Positions 25,501 to 38,792 of a stretch of DNA of 64,000 bases are shown in pieces. Where the stretch lies: NCBI RefSeq assembly GCF_009914755.1, contig NC_060932.1. One strand, 5' to 3'. This stretch comes from the human T2T-CHM13v2.0 reference genome, Homo sapiens. Position 1 is the stretch's first letter. Each line of letters begins with the position of its first letter. The notes beneath the pieces are model-generated. The model saw nothing but the letters and a program-made list of their open reading frames with translations, searched no databases and was not told where the DNA came from. A program made the translations under genes and the position numbers.

Positions 25501-27016
25501 ATTTAAATATAGACACAGAGTCAAAATTAAATCCCCTTGAAAGCAATATTGGTTTCAATATTCTGCAGAATCCAACTGATATCTGAGATGACCTTCTTTA
25601 AACAGGGAACTCAGAATTGACTGTTCTTTTTAATCAACAGCAATTACTTCTTTCAAAACTCTTGCTCCTGATGCAAATCTTAACTTACCCATTCACCTCC
25701 TAAACTGGAACTCATGGAATATATGTTTTTCTAACTGCCAGGAAATCCTAAACTTAAAGTTGGACTTTCTATCCTTCCATTTGATGTCGCCATTAACATT
25801 TTACATTTGCAGAAACCTACTAAGTATTTATAGCCATTTGCTCTTATTACTGGGGGTTGGCACCAGGCAGTCAAGACCTCCTGTTTGGGAAGTATCAGAA
25901 AGTCAGAAAGGGAAAGTGGGAAACTCGGAGCCCAGCATTTGTTGCTCTTTTTTCCCCTCCCTCCTTTCCTCCTTTCCCCTCCCTCCAAGCTTTCTGGCAG
26001 CCAAGGGAACAGGCAGAGCTAACAAACCACAGTGGACCTCCGACCTCAGCTCTCTTCCCACAACACTAAAAACACAACAAAATTGCCAGCCTTTGTATGC
26101 TGTCCCTTTCCATTTCATTAGGTCAGTGAAAAGCAGAACTAGCAAAAAAAACAATTTTTTCTTTTAATTTTAATATTGTCAATTGTAATAAACTCAACTA
26201 AGTTCCACTAGCAAACTGTTTTCTGCTTGTTCAGGGAAATTAAGTTATACTCTTCAAATCCCGCTCTAACTAGATGTTTGGTTTTGGAGTAAGGTTACAG
26301 CATCTCATGACACTAATGAATTCTGCTGGCTCCTAAGGATCTGGGGCTGATGCTGAGCTTGTGGGGCTATTTGATTCATTTAACACTCGTGACTTGCTTA
26401 ATACAATGTGTAAACAAAAGAAGAAATACCTTCTGAGGCAATGGAAGTACTTCATCACATCTGACAAGGTAGTCATAGCAAGTGTGTTGACTCTTTCCTT
26501 CCTTAGCCTCTCAGTTAGATTTGCACATATATGCAGCTGAACCTTAAGAGTTATTGGAACAGTTGAGATAAATAAAACTTTATTATGTTGAGGCCAAGGA
26601 TTGAGGGATTCTGGGCAACTGAGTGTTAGGTGAAGGCAGGCAGACTCCAAAGAAGGGGTTTCTTGTTTCTCAGGGGTCCCCCACTGTGTTAGTCCATTCT
26701 TGCATTGCTATAAAGAAATAACTGAGACTAGGTGATTTATAAAGAAAAGAGGTTTAATTGGCTTATGGCTCTACAGGCTGCACAGGAAGCATAGCAGCTT
26801 GTGCTTCTAGGGAGACCTCAGGAAGCTTCCAATCAAGGCAGAAGGTGAAAAGGGGGAGCAACTGTCTCACATGATGACAGCAGGAGCAGGAGAGAGAGAG
26901 AGCAAGGGGCGAGGGTCTACACACTTTTAAGTGACCAGATTTCACAAGAACCCACTCGCTATTGTGAGAACAGTACCAAGAGGATGATACTAAACCATTC
27001 ATGAGAAATACACCTC

Positions 27017-27868
27017 TGATATGGTTTGGCTGTGTCCTCACCCAAATCTCATCTTGAATTATAGTTCCCATAATCCCCACATGTCATGGGAGGGACCCAA
27101 TTGGAGGTAATTGAATCATGGGTATGGTTACCTCCATGCTATTCTGGTGATAGTCGGTGAGTTCTCATGAGATCTGATGGTTTTATAAGGGGCTTTCCCC
27201 CACCTTTGCTCTCATTCTTCTCCTTCCTGGTGTCATGTGAAGAAGGACGCGTTTGCTTCCCCTTCTGCCATAATTGTGAGTTTCCTGAGACCTCCTCAGT
27301 CCTGTGGAACTGTGAGTCAATTAAGCCTCTTTCCTTTATAAATTACCCAGTCTCAGGTGTGAGAGGAAAATAAACCTTGGGGCCCCAAAATCACTAAACT
27401 AAAGGGAAAAGTCAGGCTGGGAACTGCTTAGGGCCAACCTGCCTCCCATTCAATTAAAGTCATCCCTCTGCTCATTGACATAGATGCATATCTGATTGCC
27501 TCATTTGGAGAGGCTAATCAGAAACTCAAAAGAATGCAACCATTTGTCTCTTATCTACCTGTGACACGGAAGCCCCCTCCCCACTTCAAGTCTTCCCACC
27601 TTTGCTTCAAGTTTTCCTGCCTTTCCAGGCTGAACCAATGTACTTTTTACATATATTAAATGATGTCTCATGTCTCCCTAAAATGTATAAAGCTAAGCTG
27701 TGCCCCAACAACCTTGGGCATATGTCTTCAGGACTTCCTGAGGCTGTGTCATGGGTGAATTTCCTCAACCTTGGCAAAATAACTTTCTAAATTAACTGAG
27801 TCCTGTCTCAAATTTTTGGCGTTCACACAGGTACGTCTTTATTAGCAGCATGAAAACAGACTAATACA
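27017..27868 (+). mobile_element. THE1C-like solo LTR inserted in MSTA (split: 27017-27357 and 27828-27868)
   Basis: tgatatggtttggctgtgtcc...gaagaaggacgcgtttgcttcccc...cccagtctcagg | tacgtctttattagcagcatgaaaacagactaataca; perfect 5-bp TSD ACCTC (27012-27016, 27869-27873). Confidence 0.95.
27358..27827 (+). mobile_element. MER4A-like ERV1 solo LTR inserted in THE1
   Basis: tgtgagaggaaaataaaccttggggccccaaaatcactaaactaaagggaaaagtc...gttcaca; TG..CA ends; perfect 4-bp TSD CAGG. Confidence 0.92.
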
Positions 27869-30800
27869 ACCTCCACGATCCAATCACCTCACCAGGCCCC
27901 ACTTGTAACAATGGGGATAACAACTCCACATGAGATTTGGGCAGGGACACAGATCCAAACCATATCAGCCAATTTCTTCCCAGGAGGTCCTGATCCAAGA
28001 GTGTTCTCCAGACCTGGGGCCTTCTTGGACCAGCAGCCCTTAGTTGGTGTCCTGGTTGTGCCTGGGTCAGAGTGACAGCAGAAACACAGTCATTGCTCTC
28101 CTTATTGGTCTTTTCCAGGCTGGGAGAAACAGGCGAGTGCTGAGGAATCTGAACTCAAACCACAAAGCCGTAAGCTTAGTGGAATAGCTCAGATCTGAGA
28201 AAGAATAGTGGGAACACGTTGGCTGGTAGGACTTTGCAGTTGTTCTCTGAAGTGAATTTCTGCCTCACATTTCCAGGTTAGAGAGCTTGAAAAGTGTCAT
28301 CTGAGACAGAGATGCTGACACATGCCTTCATTCTGCTGCCGGTGAGGATGAGGATTCGCTTTCTGCTTGTTTCTGCATTCTTCCTCTCACTATTTCCAGT
28401 TCTATTCCAAGCCTCTCCCAGCCACTGCACCCCCATGCTCCTTCTGCTGAAGGATTTTTAAAAGCTATCCTCTCGGCCAGAGCTTCCAGTGTTCTTCTCT
28501 TGAATAGCTCCTGTACATCTGGGCTTCAGGGGTTTCCTCCACAACCCTCTTTCTTCTGCCCAAGTCTGAGCACAGTGCCATTCCCTCAGCAATTCCTTAA
28601 TACTCTCCATTGTCTGCTTCCTTGTCAGTATTCCCCCAACTCCAGTATGAATTTCATGTGGTGGAGGCCATGTCTCCCGTGTCCACTACTGCATCCTTGG
28701 CACCTTGCCAGCTTTACGGCATATACTTATTACATATTTGCAATCTGAGTGGATAACAGAGAAGTTGTGTGTCTATAAGCAGGCACATGTTTGAGGCCAC
28801 TGGTGGGAGTTAGAAAGGAAGAGAAAGAACTTCCACTCAAACTATGGAAGCTTTCATTCGCTGAGCACTAGCCATCTCTCCATTATCAGTAAGCACTTGA
28901 ACATGTGAGATATAAAACCTGAAGCAGCTCTCTGGTTGTTTTAACTGCCCATAAAAAATAAGACTCAGATCAGTATTCCTCCAGCCTCTATAAGTTCTTA
29001 AGTACTCAGGTGTTCCCGCTGCATCTGTCTCGGTTCAGGGTATTCCTTATAACACGCCATCACAGCCCCCTTCTATGCTTGAGTTGTTTTCTGTGCCCAG
29101 TTAGCTTGATTCACTCATTAGGTTCAGCTCTTGAGTCTGGGACCTGGACTCTATTCTTTGGCGTGGGCTGAACATGCAAGATTTTCCCTTCATCAGGCTA
29201 ATGAAGTAAGAGTCTTATGTCATCATTAGTGCTGGTGTTAATCCAAGCAGAACTAATATTGGTGTTGTTCCAAGTAGAATTAACCAAGCCCAGCCCCCAA
29301 CAAGCCAGATGTTAGTCAGGCATTTCTTACCGATGTTAATGAATAATTCCCTTGGGTTCCACAAACAGCTGAGTCCACCAAATGAACTTCAGGGACCCAG
29401 AAGCAAACTGCCTGCCTAATAGAGATTTGTCCTGGGAGGCTACTGAGGGCTTGGAACTTCTGAGCTGAAAGCAAGAGAGTTCCTTTCTCTGGACTGCAGA
29501 TGACTCCACTGCTCTTAGCTCTCCAAAGAGCTGGCCACGTGGGGTCAGCTAACAGGCCCAAGGGGGTTCCTAAAGATTGTTTCTTTGCAGATCCCTCTCT
29601 TCCTCTGTGCCTATCTCAATAACTGGGGTATATGTTTGTGTGTTTATTTCCTCCACTGGACAATGAGGGCAAGGACTGTCTTTTCCCCTCTGTGTCTCTG
29701 GCACCTGATAGAGAGATCATTCCACTGTTCTCTGGAAATAACTGATGATAGAATGTCTTCCTGAAGAGGTTTGCTTCATCTTCCAGTTCCACATGGCTTT
29801 TCTCTCCCTCTCAATCAAATAAAATGTATGAGCGCTAGACCTGTCATTTGTACTTGATCACTGCTCTCATAGAAATGTGATAATATGAAACCATTTATAG
29901 CAAGGGCCAGACACTGTGCTAATAAATTTGCATACAGTTTTCAACAACCCTTGAAAGCAGTATATTGAGACTTTTAAATGCATAACCAAGGATTGGGGAT
30001 GGATGGGGAAGCAGTTTAAGTAGTTTGATTAAGATGGTAGGACTAGCCCAGAGAAGCTCCAGAATGGGAATCAGAGACAAGCTGATGAAAGTCTGTCCAA
30101 TCAGGTCATCTGTTCAGCAGGAAGTCACCCCCATAACCCACCAGGGAAAAAAAAAGGTCAAATGTCTGTAGTATTTCCCACCTAAGCCAATGGGGGGGAG
30201 TTCTTCTACTATTTCTTCCCATAGTAGAAGAATTTGTAAATAAAAGCTTAAAATATTTTGAGAAAAACAGAATAGGAGAAACAAGAGGATAAAAGGAAGC
30301 CATTATGAGTAATTTTTAGGTTTGCTAAAATAATGAAGACAATATACTGAAGAGACTATCAGAAAGCAATTTACAGATGTTTGATTATTACCATAGTCTA
30401 CCACTGATTTCCATGTACCCTACCCCTCCCCACCATACTAGAATGTTTTCAGACTCTCTCATTCTTCTCAGATACAGTGAAAGATGCATAGAAATGTCTT
30501 TTAATTAGTAGCAAAGATAATATGGATACCAAGAGGATTTCCTTCCTGTGGCTGCTCCATCCAGGTGTTCAGAATCTTGTCTATGATTACTCAGTCAATA
30601 GCTCCCTCCTCCTGGGCCCCTCTCTTCTCCAAGCTCCCACCACAGACCTGGAGAAGAACTGGAACTTGGAGTTCTGCACTGGAAAATGTGAGACTTTATC
30701 AACCAAACCCCCACCCACGACACCATCACCAATGCTGGAGCCTTCCTCCACCCTTGATGATAACATCGCATGAGAATGCAGCAGAACCTTCCGACCTTAC

Positions 30801-31209
30801 TCTGCCCATTCCCCTCATCAAGCCTCAGCCCCTACCTTGCTATGAACACAATAATGTGTCCTAAAGCCAAGTTCAGTTTGTCTCCAATTCCTTTTCCTCT
30901 CTTAAAGCAGCCCTGGAAAAATGTCTATGTCTACTCTTTCTATCATCTATTTCACTTTATGCCCTTTTTCTCTTCCCAACCAGAAATTTCCTCTTTTTCT
31001 AAATATCTTTGTTAACAGTGACTAAAACTTTCAGCTACTACTCAAATCAAAATAGAAGAAAAGAATACAGGAGTAAGCCCATTTTTACTAGGCTTTTCTT
31101 AAAGGACCTTTGTGGCTGGGAGAGTTACTACATATAGATTCTTTCCCCGGGTCAATGCCCAGTCCATTTGTGCAAACCTGTTTTCTGCATGCCAGACGAT
31201 GACAATAAT

Positions 31210-31395
31210 AATGGAATAATATTGAAAGCCCAACCCTATGCTCCAAGCGATATGCTGGGCTGGGCACTTTCCATACAATATCTGTAATGTAATGACCCTC
31301 TAGAGAAAAAATTATCATCTCCATGTCACCAGTGAAGAAACTGATGTCCATCAATGTTAATTGACCTGACTTAAAGTTACTTAGTTGGAGATGAG
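31210..31395 (-). mobile_element. MIR
   Basis: atatgctgggctgggcactttccatacaatatc...attatcatctccatgtcaccagtgaagaaactga. Confidence 0.75.
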
Positions 31396-32073
31396 CTCAC
31401 TTCTTTTCATTTTGTTTATGAAACAACTGTTTATACCAGAGAGGCAGAGGCATGCTAGTGTGCCTGGAATGGTTAGCCACAGCTTCTGCACAGAATCCCT
31501 GAGGGTAAGCTTTCTCCTGGGAGAAGCAAGACTTCCAAGCCCCGGCAGGGTCACTGAGGGATGTGTCAGCCCTGCTCTCCATGACCTCACGCATAACATG
31601 ATCAGATGTGTTCTGGCAGAGAAAATGTCATATTTAGAAAGTCTCTATTGTGTTTTTTGGTTTTTATACTTACCAGCACATCACTTGATCCTCCGCTCTT
31701 CCAATCCTTGAACTTCTAGTTTCCAATTGAGATATAGTCCATAATACTACAGTATATGACATTTTATCATGATAAATGAAAGCTCAAGGTATTCTTTCAA
31801 AGTAATGATTTCCCAGTTAGACATAGGAAACTAAAAACATTGTTGAAACTCCTGAAAGGAAACTGAGTTCCTTTGAAATTCGTGGATGCTTTGAGTATGA
31901 GATGTTCCATCATTTTTGTAATATAACTTACATATGTTATCATATTTTAACTTCACAATTCAAAGGTGTAATTATAATTATCCTTATTTTATTGATAAGA
32001 CACTGAGAGGTGAAAGGCTAAAAATAATGGGGACAACAGTCGAAACTGGTACCATCTCACAGCAAGGCCAATA

Positions 32074-32411
32074 CAGGTTGAGTGTCTGTAATGTGAAAAG
32101 CTAAAATCTAAAATGCTCCAAAAGTTGAAACTTTTTGATCACTAACATAACACTCCAAGTGGAAAATTCCACACAGAAGTACTTAACACAAATTTTGTTT
32201 TATGCACAAAATTATTTAAAATATTATATAAAATTACCTTCAGGCTATGTGTGTAAGGCATATAATGAAACATAAATACATTTCGTGTTTAGACTTGGCC
32301 CCCAGGCCCAAGATACTTTATTATGTATATACAAATACTACAACATCTAAAAACATTCCAAATATAAAACACTTCTGGACCCAAAAATTCAAAATAAGGG
32401 TACTCAACCTG
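32074..32411 (-). mobile_element. Tigger4b/MER46-type Tc-mar MITE
   Basis: TIRs caggttgagt / actcaacctg with TA TSDs; internal aaaattaccttcaggctatgtgtgtaagg and aaacacttctggaccca. Confidence 0.9.
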
Positions 32412-32535
32412 TATATGGGGTAGCTCAGGAGTTCTAAATTCCAACTTCTCCCAAGAGGATTCTTTGACTGTCATATTTCTTCCACTTAGCTTGATAGTTG
32501 ATATCAATTTATTGGCCAGCCAACTGTTGGTCTAA

Positions 32536-32860
<325 letters not shown>

Positions 32861-34199
32861 TAATGCCTGTTAATCTAAACACTGAAATTTGATGTCTCTG
32901 GCTAATCTGTTTATGCAAATTTGGAGCATGTGGCCCCATTCTAAATGAGAAAAGCTGTTATTATGATACAGTTGTAAATTTTAGACCCTTATCCTGTTCT
33001 AAGCCCTCCCATTAAGACTAAATCTAACCCTAACTTAAAATGGTCTACCTTCCAGAATATTATGCCCTGTACTACCATGCCATCTATATATTCTCAGGTG
33101 TTACTAGAGATTTTATAACCTCATGATCCCCCAGGGTCAAGGCCCAGAGCTGGTAGCACATAGGGAGTTTTTGGCAAAAGCAAGGCTAATGAGTAGGTTC
33201 CCCATACACGTCTTTCCAGGGAAAGAGAAAGACTCAGGGAGAGGAAGAATAGCTGATGGTTGGGCTGGAGGTTGATGCTGGGCCCACTTGAGCTGTAGGC
33301 TTTTTCCTCTCCATGATTCATGAACATGGGCCTGGGCTTTGCTGCCTTGCCAAAGCATATCATCAGTGTGTGGGACCCACACAACCTAAGGGTCCCACAC
33401 ATGACATCATCGGTGTGTGGAACCCTCAGGGAGAAGGTAGGAAGGTGTCAGCAGGGCCAGGATAGAAAAAGAGAACAAACCAAGGACTAGAGGTTTTCTA
33501 TGTTATTAATTTAAAGCAAATGATGCATTCTGGCTGTTGGGTTCAAAAACAGATGTCTGTGGAAGTATAAGGTCATTCAAGAGCATAGAGTTATAAATGA
33601 AGGTTATAAATATGCATTGGTGTAATCTCTTAGTTATATCCTTTATTCTCCATCCTGCATCTTATTCTAGGTCACAGTGATGACAGAGTGCAAGAAATTT
33701 GTGCTACAGAATTGTGTATCCCCTATGCATCTCGATGCCTTTCTCCACTCTACCCAACACTCATACACATTCATAGACCCACCATGACGGTTTAATCAAT
33801 AAGATTAGGTAAATTACATGTCCTTGTTATCCAATACTTGATGTGTATGGGTAACAGAAGTACCCATTATATTTATGAAGTTCCAATTTCAGGCAATGTT
33901 CCAGTGGTGAAAATAACCATTTAAAGTTTCTCCACATATATGCGCAACACACGTTCCCAAACACTCAAGTATATTTTCCATTTGCATCTTTTCTCAGCAA
34001 AAACCCAAACATTCATCTCAATAAAATGATTACCACGTGCTGAATTTCATTTCAAAGCTCCAGAGACCCATAGCCTACCCAGATACGTGAGAGCCGCAAC
34101 ACACTACACACTCCTACTCACACCACCACTTCTACCACCCACCTCTGTCCAGCAAATCGTTGCACTCAAATGCTCTCATTTCCCTCTCTTCCCACTGCA

Positions 34200-35430
34200 G
34201 ACTGTCAACTCACCAGCCTCGTCTGATCTCTGCTCTCCTTTTCCTCCAAATTAAATTTCAACTTTTTGTAAACCTCTCTGTAAATGACAAGCCAGTGCCA
34301 GAGCTGTCTTTTAATACACAAAAGCATAAATAATGCCATCCATCAGGACTGTCACTCAGAAAGATAGATTGCTAGTTGTCCAGACCCCTGAATGACACCA
34401 AAGCCAAAGTTAGAAAGTGTCTCCTTTCTTTTCTTTAGTCTCTCTCTCTCTCACACACACATGCTCACTCACTCTCTCCCTTTTTTATTTGCCGGACTGC
34501 TTGATTCTGATTAATGGTCCTGTCAGGGTGGGATTCCACTTGCTCGGATAATGAGTCAAGAATGTATTCCCTGTCACAGGCGCAGCAGATGTCAGGGGCA
34601 GAAGGGCTCAGGGATGCCAGAAACAATATACAGTTTCTTCCTAGTCCCCTGACAGGCCAATATGCTGCACAAGGTCTAATTTATGTAGACAAAATGCAGG
34701 CGGGGCTGTGGCAACTGGAAAACTGCCCCAGAAAACCCCAGCTACAGTGCAGCTTGCAAGCGGGGTCTGTGGGCTGGGGCAGCCAGCAGCAGACTGGTAA
34801 TGAACATCAGCGGCAGACTCAATAGTGTTGCCTCCAAAGACCTAGACACACTGAGAGGCCCAGGACCTCTTTGACTTCATTAAACTGTACTTTATATCAT
34901 TATGCGAAGAAATCAAACAGGGCAGAGGGCTTCTGTTTCCTTTAATGGCTTGATTAGGTTATTCACTGCTGGGCTCAGCCATTATCATACTGGGGCTGCT
35001 GAAAGCTGCTGAGAATTGTCAGCCTACACAGTTGCTCCAGCCAGACGGACGCCCTCTTTGCTTTGACTGGACTAATTTGATCTCAGAAGTTTGTGTATGG
35101 ACAGGGACTGTCAGAACTCCCCGTCATTCCACCAGCGCTCCAGGAAACAGAGCTGTTCCTTGGCCAAAACATAGATGCTCGGTCTCAGCCCAAAGGTGGA
35201 CATGCTTGTGTATAGTCAACCTATTCACATAGATCTTGCACATATGCACGTATTTCTTTTTTGAGAAAAATCTCTCAGGCTGTTTTGGGAGTTATGACAT
35301 TAAAGCAATCTATATTTCCCTTAGGAATTAAAATGGGACCACATTCCCTTGACAACTCAAGCAGTTAAATGCTAAGGACACACTGGAATCAGATAAATCA
35401 AAATCAGGCAGTGGGGACTGTCAAATCATT
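34200..35430. promoter_or_regulatory. Candidate developmental enhancer with PBX-HOX and MEIS/PREP motif cluster
   Basis: No recognisable interspersed repeat; TGATGGATGG (rc, 34336-34345), TGATTAATGG (34508-34517), TGATTTAT (rc, 35393-35400); seven TGACAG/CTGTCA at 34202, 34349, 34520, 34571, 34650, 35108, 35418. Confidence 0.6.
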
Positions 35431-35804
35431 CAGACTGGGAAGATAAAATTCCTGTGTTTACCAGCTTGCATTTTAATCTTAACCATGTCATAAGAATCTT
35501 CCACTAAAGGAAAAAAAAAAAACTTCAAAGAGATGCTAAAACTCATTTTAAAAGGCTCTCTGCTTGCCTTCTACACCTCATTTCTGTGAGTACAGTGGAA
35601 TTATTGGGATAAGGTCTCTGGCTTCAGGTCTTAGGTTGTGGGTCCCATTAAAAGGTGGCAAGCAGCATGATTGAGCTTCAAAGCCTAGTCAAAATGTTAT
35701 AGGCTTAGTTGACTTCTCTTTCTTATAGTTTTTTTCCTATTTTATTAACATGCTTTTCTCCTTTGCTATTTTTTTAAATTTAAAAGGATGTTGCCATATG
35801 TGAG

Positions 35805-35965
35805 CCAATGTGATGTGGTGGAAAGAATATGGACTCTAGAGATGGGCAGGTTGGTATCTGAGTGAGGCTCTGCCTGGCACTAGGGTTGAGGCTTTGGGCA
35901 AATGCTTACCCTCTGAGCCTCATTTCTTTTAACTGTAAAATGTGGCCAACACGATCTACCAGGTA
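35805..35965 (+). mobile_element. MIR
   Basis: gtggtggaaagaatatggactctagag...ctttgggcaaatgcttaccctctgagcctcatttcttttaactgtaaaatg. Confidence 0.85.
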
Positions 35966-38398
35966 GCATCTGAGGTCATGCTTACACAATGCAAAGTTAT
36001 GTGTTAGGCCTTGTTTGAGCATTTTCTAAAAGCCAGCTGGCAAAAATATGGTAGCAATTATTATTATGTATTTTGTCCCACTGCTTAACATTGGATGATG
36101 CAGAAACTATTACTATGCCGCTGTGATTACATAGAAACAGAAATTAAGATGTCTCAGAAATTAAATGTCCCTGTAGTCATTACACACTTAATCGAGTTCA
36201 CATACAACAATCTTGAGCATATGTGTACCAGTCTCATCCTTACCTGGACCTCTCAAAGCCCATCTCAGTGGCAAGCACATTCCCCAACTTCTGCCTCTTA
36301 AGTCTACCCATTTAACCCCGTTCCTTACAAATCCTGAGTGTTTATTGGGTCTCGCATCCACACACATTTCTCCACTAAGTAGCCACTTGAGTTTTTCACA
36401 AGTGGTAGCAATGGGAAAAGAAAACAAACAACCTCCTCAAGTAGTTTGCCTCCTCAAAGGTGAAAAAATTACTGTTTAATGATAAAAATAAGTTGCAAAG
36501 AGTATGTGTAATAAAATCCAACTTACATTAAATATGTGTGTTTTTAAAATTCATGTATTTAATGTTTAGAAAGATACATAACAGATTTAGCAGAGATACC
36601 GCTGAGTGGTTACCTCCAAGGGGTTGGATTTTTTATCATAATGATGTGTTACTTTTATATTAAAAACCAATTTTTAAATAAAATAAAGAAAAAGAAGTGG
36701 AGAGGCCAACTTAAGCAACCTACTTCCTGAACTACCCCCGACCTAAAATACTGACCTTTCTAATGGTCTAGAATTTACTGGAGAATCGTCAAGCCAAAGC
36801 AAATTTCACAATATAAATGAGCCCCACTTTCTGAAAATTCAGTGGGCAAAAACCCAAACATCAGAAGAAACTGCAGCACAGAACCTGGCTCAGCTATGGC
36901 AATAAAGGAAGGTCAGATGGTGGGAAACAGGGTTGACAGTGGGCAAAGGCAGTCATTGGCCCACAGTGCTGAGTGCTAAAGAGAGGTCACAAAACAGAGG
37001 AGAGTGTGGGGTGTTTTGCAATTATAAGAAGATTTTCGTGTTACAAGTGATTCATTGGTAATCCCCTGAAATTTGTTTAGACATTTGTATATGAAACCAA
37101 AGGGTTGGAGCAGGGCAGGAACATTAACATTTGCAAGTTTTGGGGGCCATCTGACCAAATGGTGAACAATTGGATAGAGAGGTTAGGCACCGAATGCTCA
37201 CTTCCTCCAAAATAATAAGCCAAGAAAAGCAATCTATACACAACTTGTGGGAAACAAATTATTGTGTAAAATGAGCTTCATTTGCACCAACTTGACATTG
37301 GAGCATGCCTGTTTTGATTTGTCTGAATGGAGGTCATTCATCACAGACTACAAAATCCCATAGCTGAGACACTAAGCAAGGTCACCCAAAAGACGCCAGG
37401 GTGAGCACATTGGAATAAATACTGAGAAGAACAGTGGGATGGAAAATTAATTTTAAATCCTAGTTACTGAACTGTTTCCAAAGGCCTGGCTGTTCCAGGG
37501 TGTGGAGAAGTGTGGTGTGGAAAACGGCCCTGCCTGATTTTATGCCCCTGTCTAGAGTAGGTTGAACGCTCTGGCCTTGCTAATGTTGCTGGAATTGTAT
37601 CATCATTGGAAACAGTGACTTCATTGGCTGCGAAGGGTTAAGAACTGCAGAGATGAAGGGTGTTTCTGTTAGTAAGCCATTTTCTTGTGGGTATTCCCTG
37701 AAATGTTCCTATAGAGTCCTAATGAAGGAAAGAACCAGAAACAGGAGCTGGTTTCACTTCTGGCCTCACGCCTATCTGGGATTTCCTGCCTCTGTTCCTC
37801 TTTAGCACTTAGGTTTTCCCACTTGCCTGAGGTCGACTTTCCCTATCATCTTAGTCAATCACGCATCCTGCCTTCCAGGCCAGATCTGATGCATCCTTCT
37901 CTGATTTTCTTGTTGTAAGTTGCCTTAAATCTTTTTTGGGAGGCAGGTTGCTGGATGTGAAATATAAAGTCATGTCAGGAGCCTTTCCTTGCTATCTCTG
38001 CTCTCCCTGGGGATACTATGTCTAGGGACATGTGGTGCAGGGGAAAGTTGAATGATTGGCCTTACTCCTGCTCCAGTCAAAGATGCACAGGTCCTGTTTA
38101 GCAGGTGCCTAAGTCCTCAGCAAGGCTGCTCTCCACTGATGATACTGGTGTTCGGTGGGGGAGGTCGGGGTTGTGAACCCAAACCTGGAAGTTACTGTCA
38201 TAATTACCTCCCCATACCAAAAACACATGGGCCCCTGATGACAGTTGAAGCAGGTTTTTGTTGGAGAGACTAGTGATCACCCCAGTGCATGTATCTTCTC
38301 CTAGGAGAAGCTTCTCTAGTCAAAGTCATTCCCTCCCACATACTACTCACTATATTGCTTTCCCTGTATTTTTGTTTTTGTTTTTGTCTCATTAAGCT

Positions 38399-38792
38399 TG
38401 TCTTAAAATTTGGGTTCCCTCAAAAGCAGAACCTGAGGCAAGGACTTGGGTGTAGAAAGTGTTTTTGGCAGGTGATCCCAGGAAGCAGAAGTGAGGGAGG
38501 AAGGGGAAAAAGAGGAAAAGCTAGTATTCACATGCATATCACAGTCCCTGCTGTAGGCAAAGGGGCTTGGCTCCATTCAGCCTCCTGAGAAGACGAGAAG
38601 AGCTCAGAACACAGTCCAGCACCGTTCACCTAAAAGATTAGGAGACTGGAGCATCTATACGCCAATTCCCAGCTATCCCTGCTAGTGGAGAGTTTCTCTG
38701 GGAAGCATATTCACTCCTCACTGCTGGCCTGCTACTGGCCAAAGGGCTCCTGGGCCAAAGGGACTGACAAGGGCACCAGAGGTGTCTCTACA
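38399..38792 (-). mobile_element. LTR16-like ERVL solo LTR
   Basis: tgtcttaaaatttgggttccctcaaaagcagaacctgaggcaaggacttgggtgt...ggtgatcccaggaagca...gggcaccagaggtgtctctaca. Confidence 0.75.

Larger units (their letters stand above)
26685..27967 (-). mobile_element. MSTA solo LTR (split: 26685-27016 and 27869-27967)
   Basis: tgtgttagtccattcttgcattgctataaagaaata...aaaccattcatgagaaa | ...atccaatcacctcaccaggcccc...gggacacagatccaaaccatatca. Confidence 0.93.
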
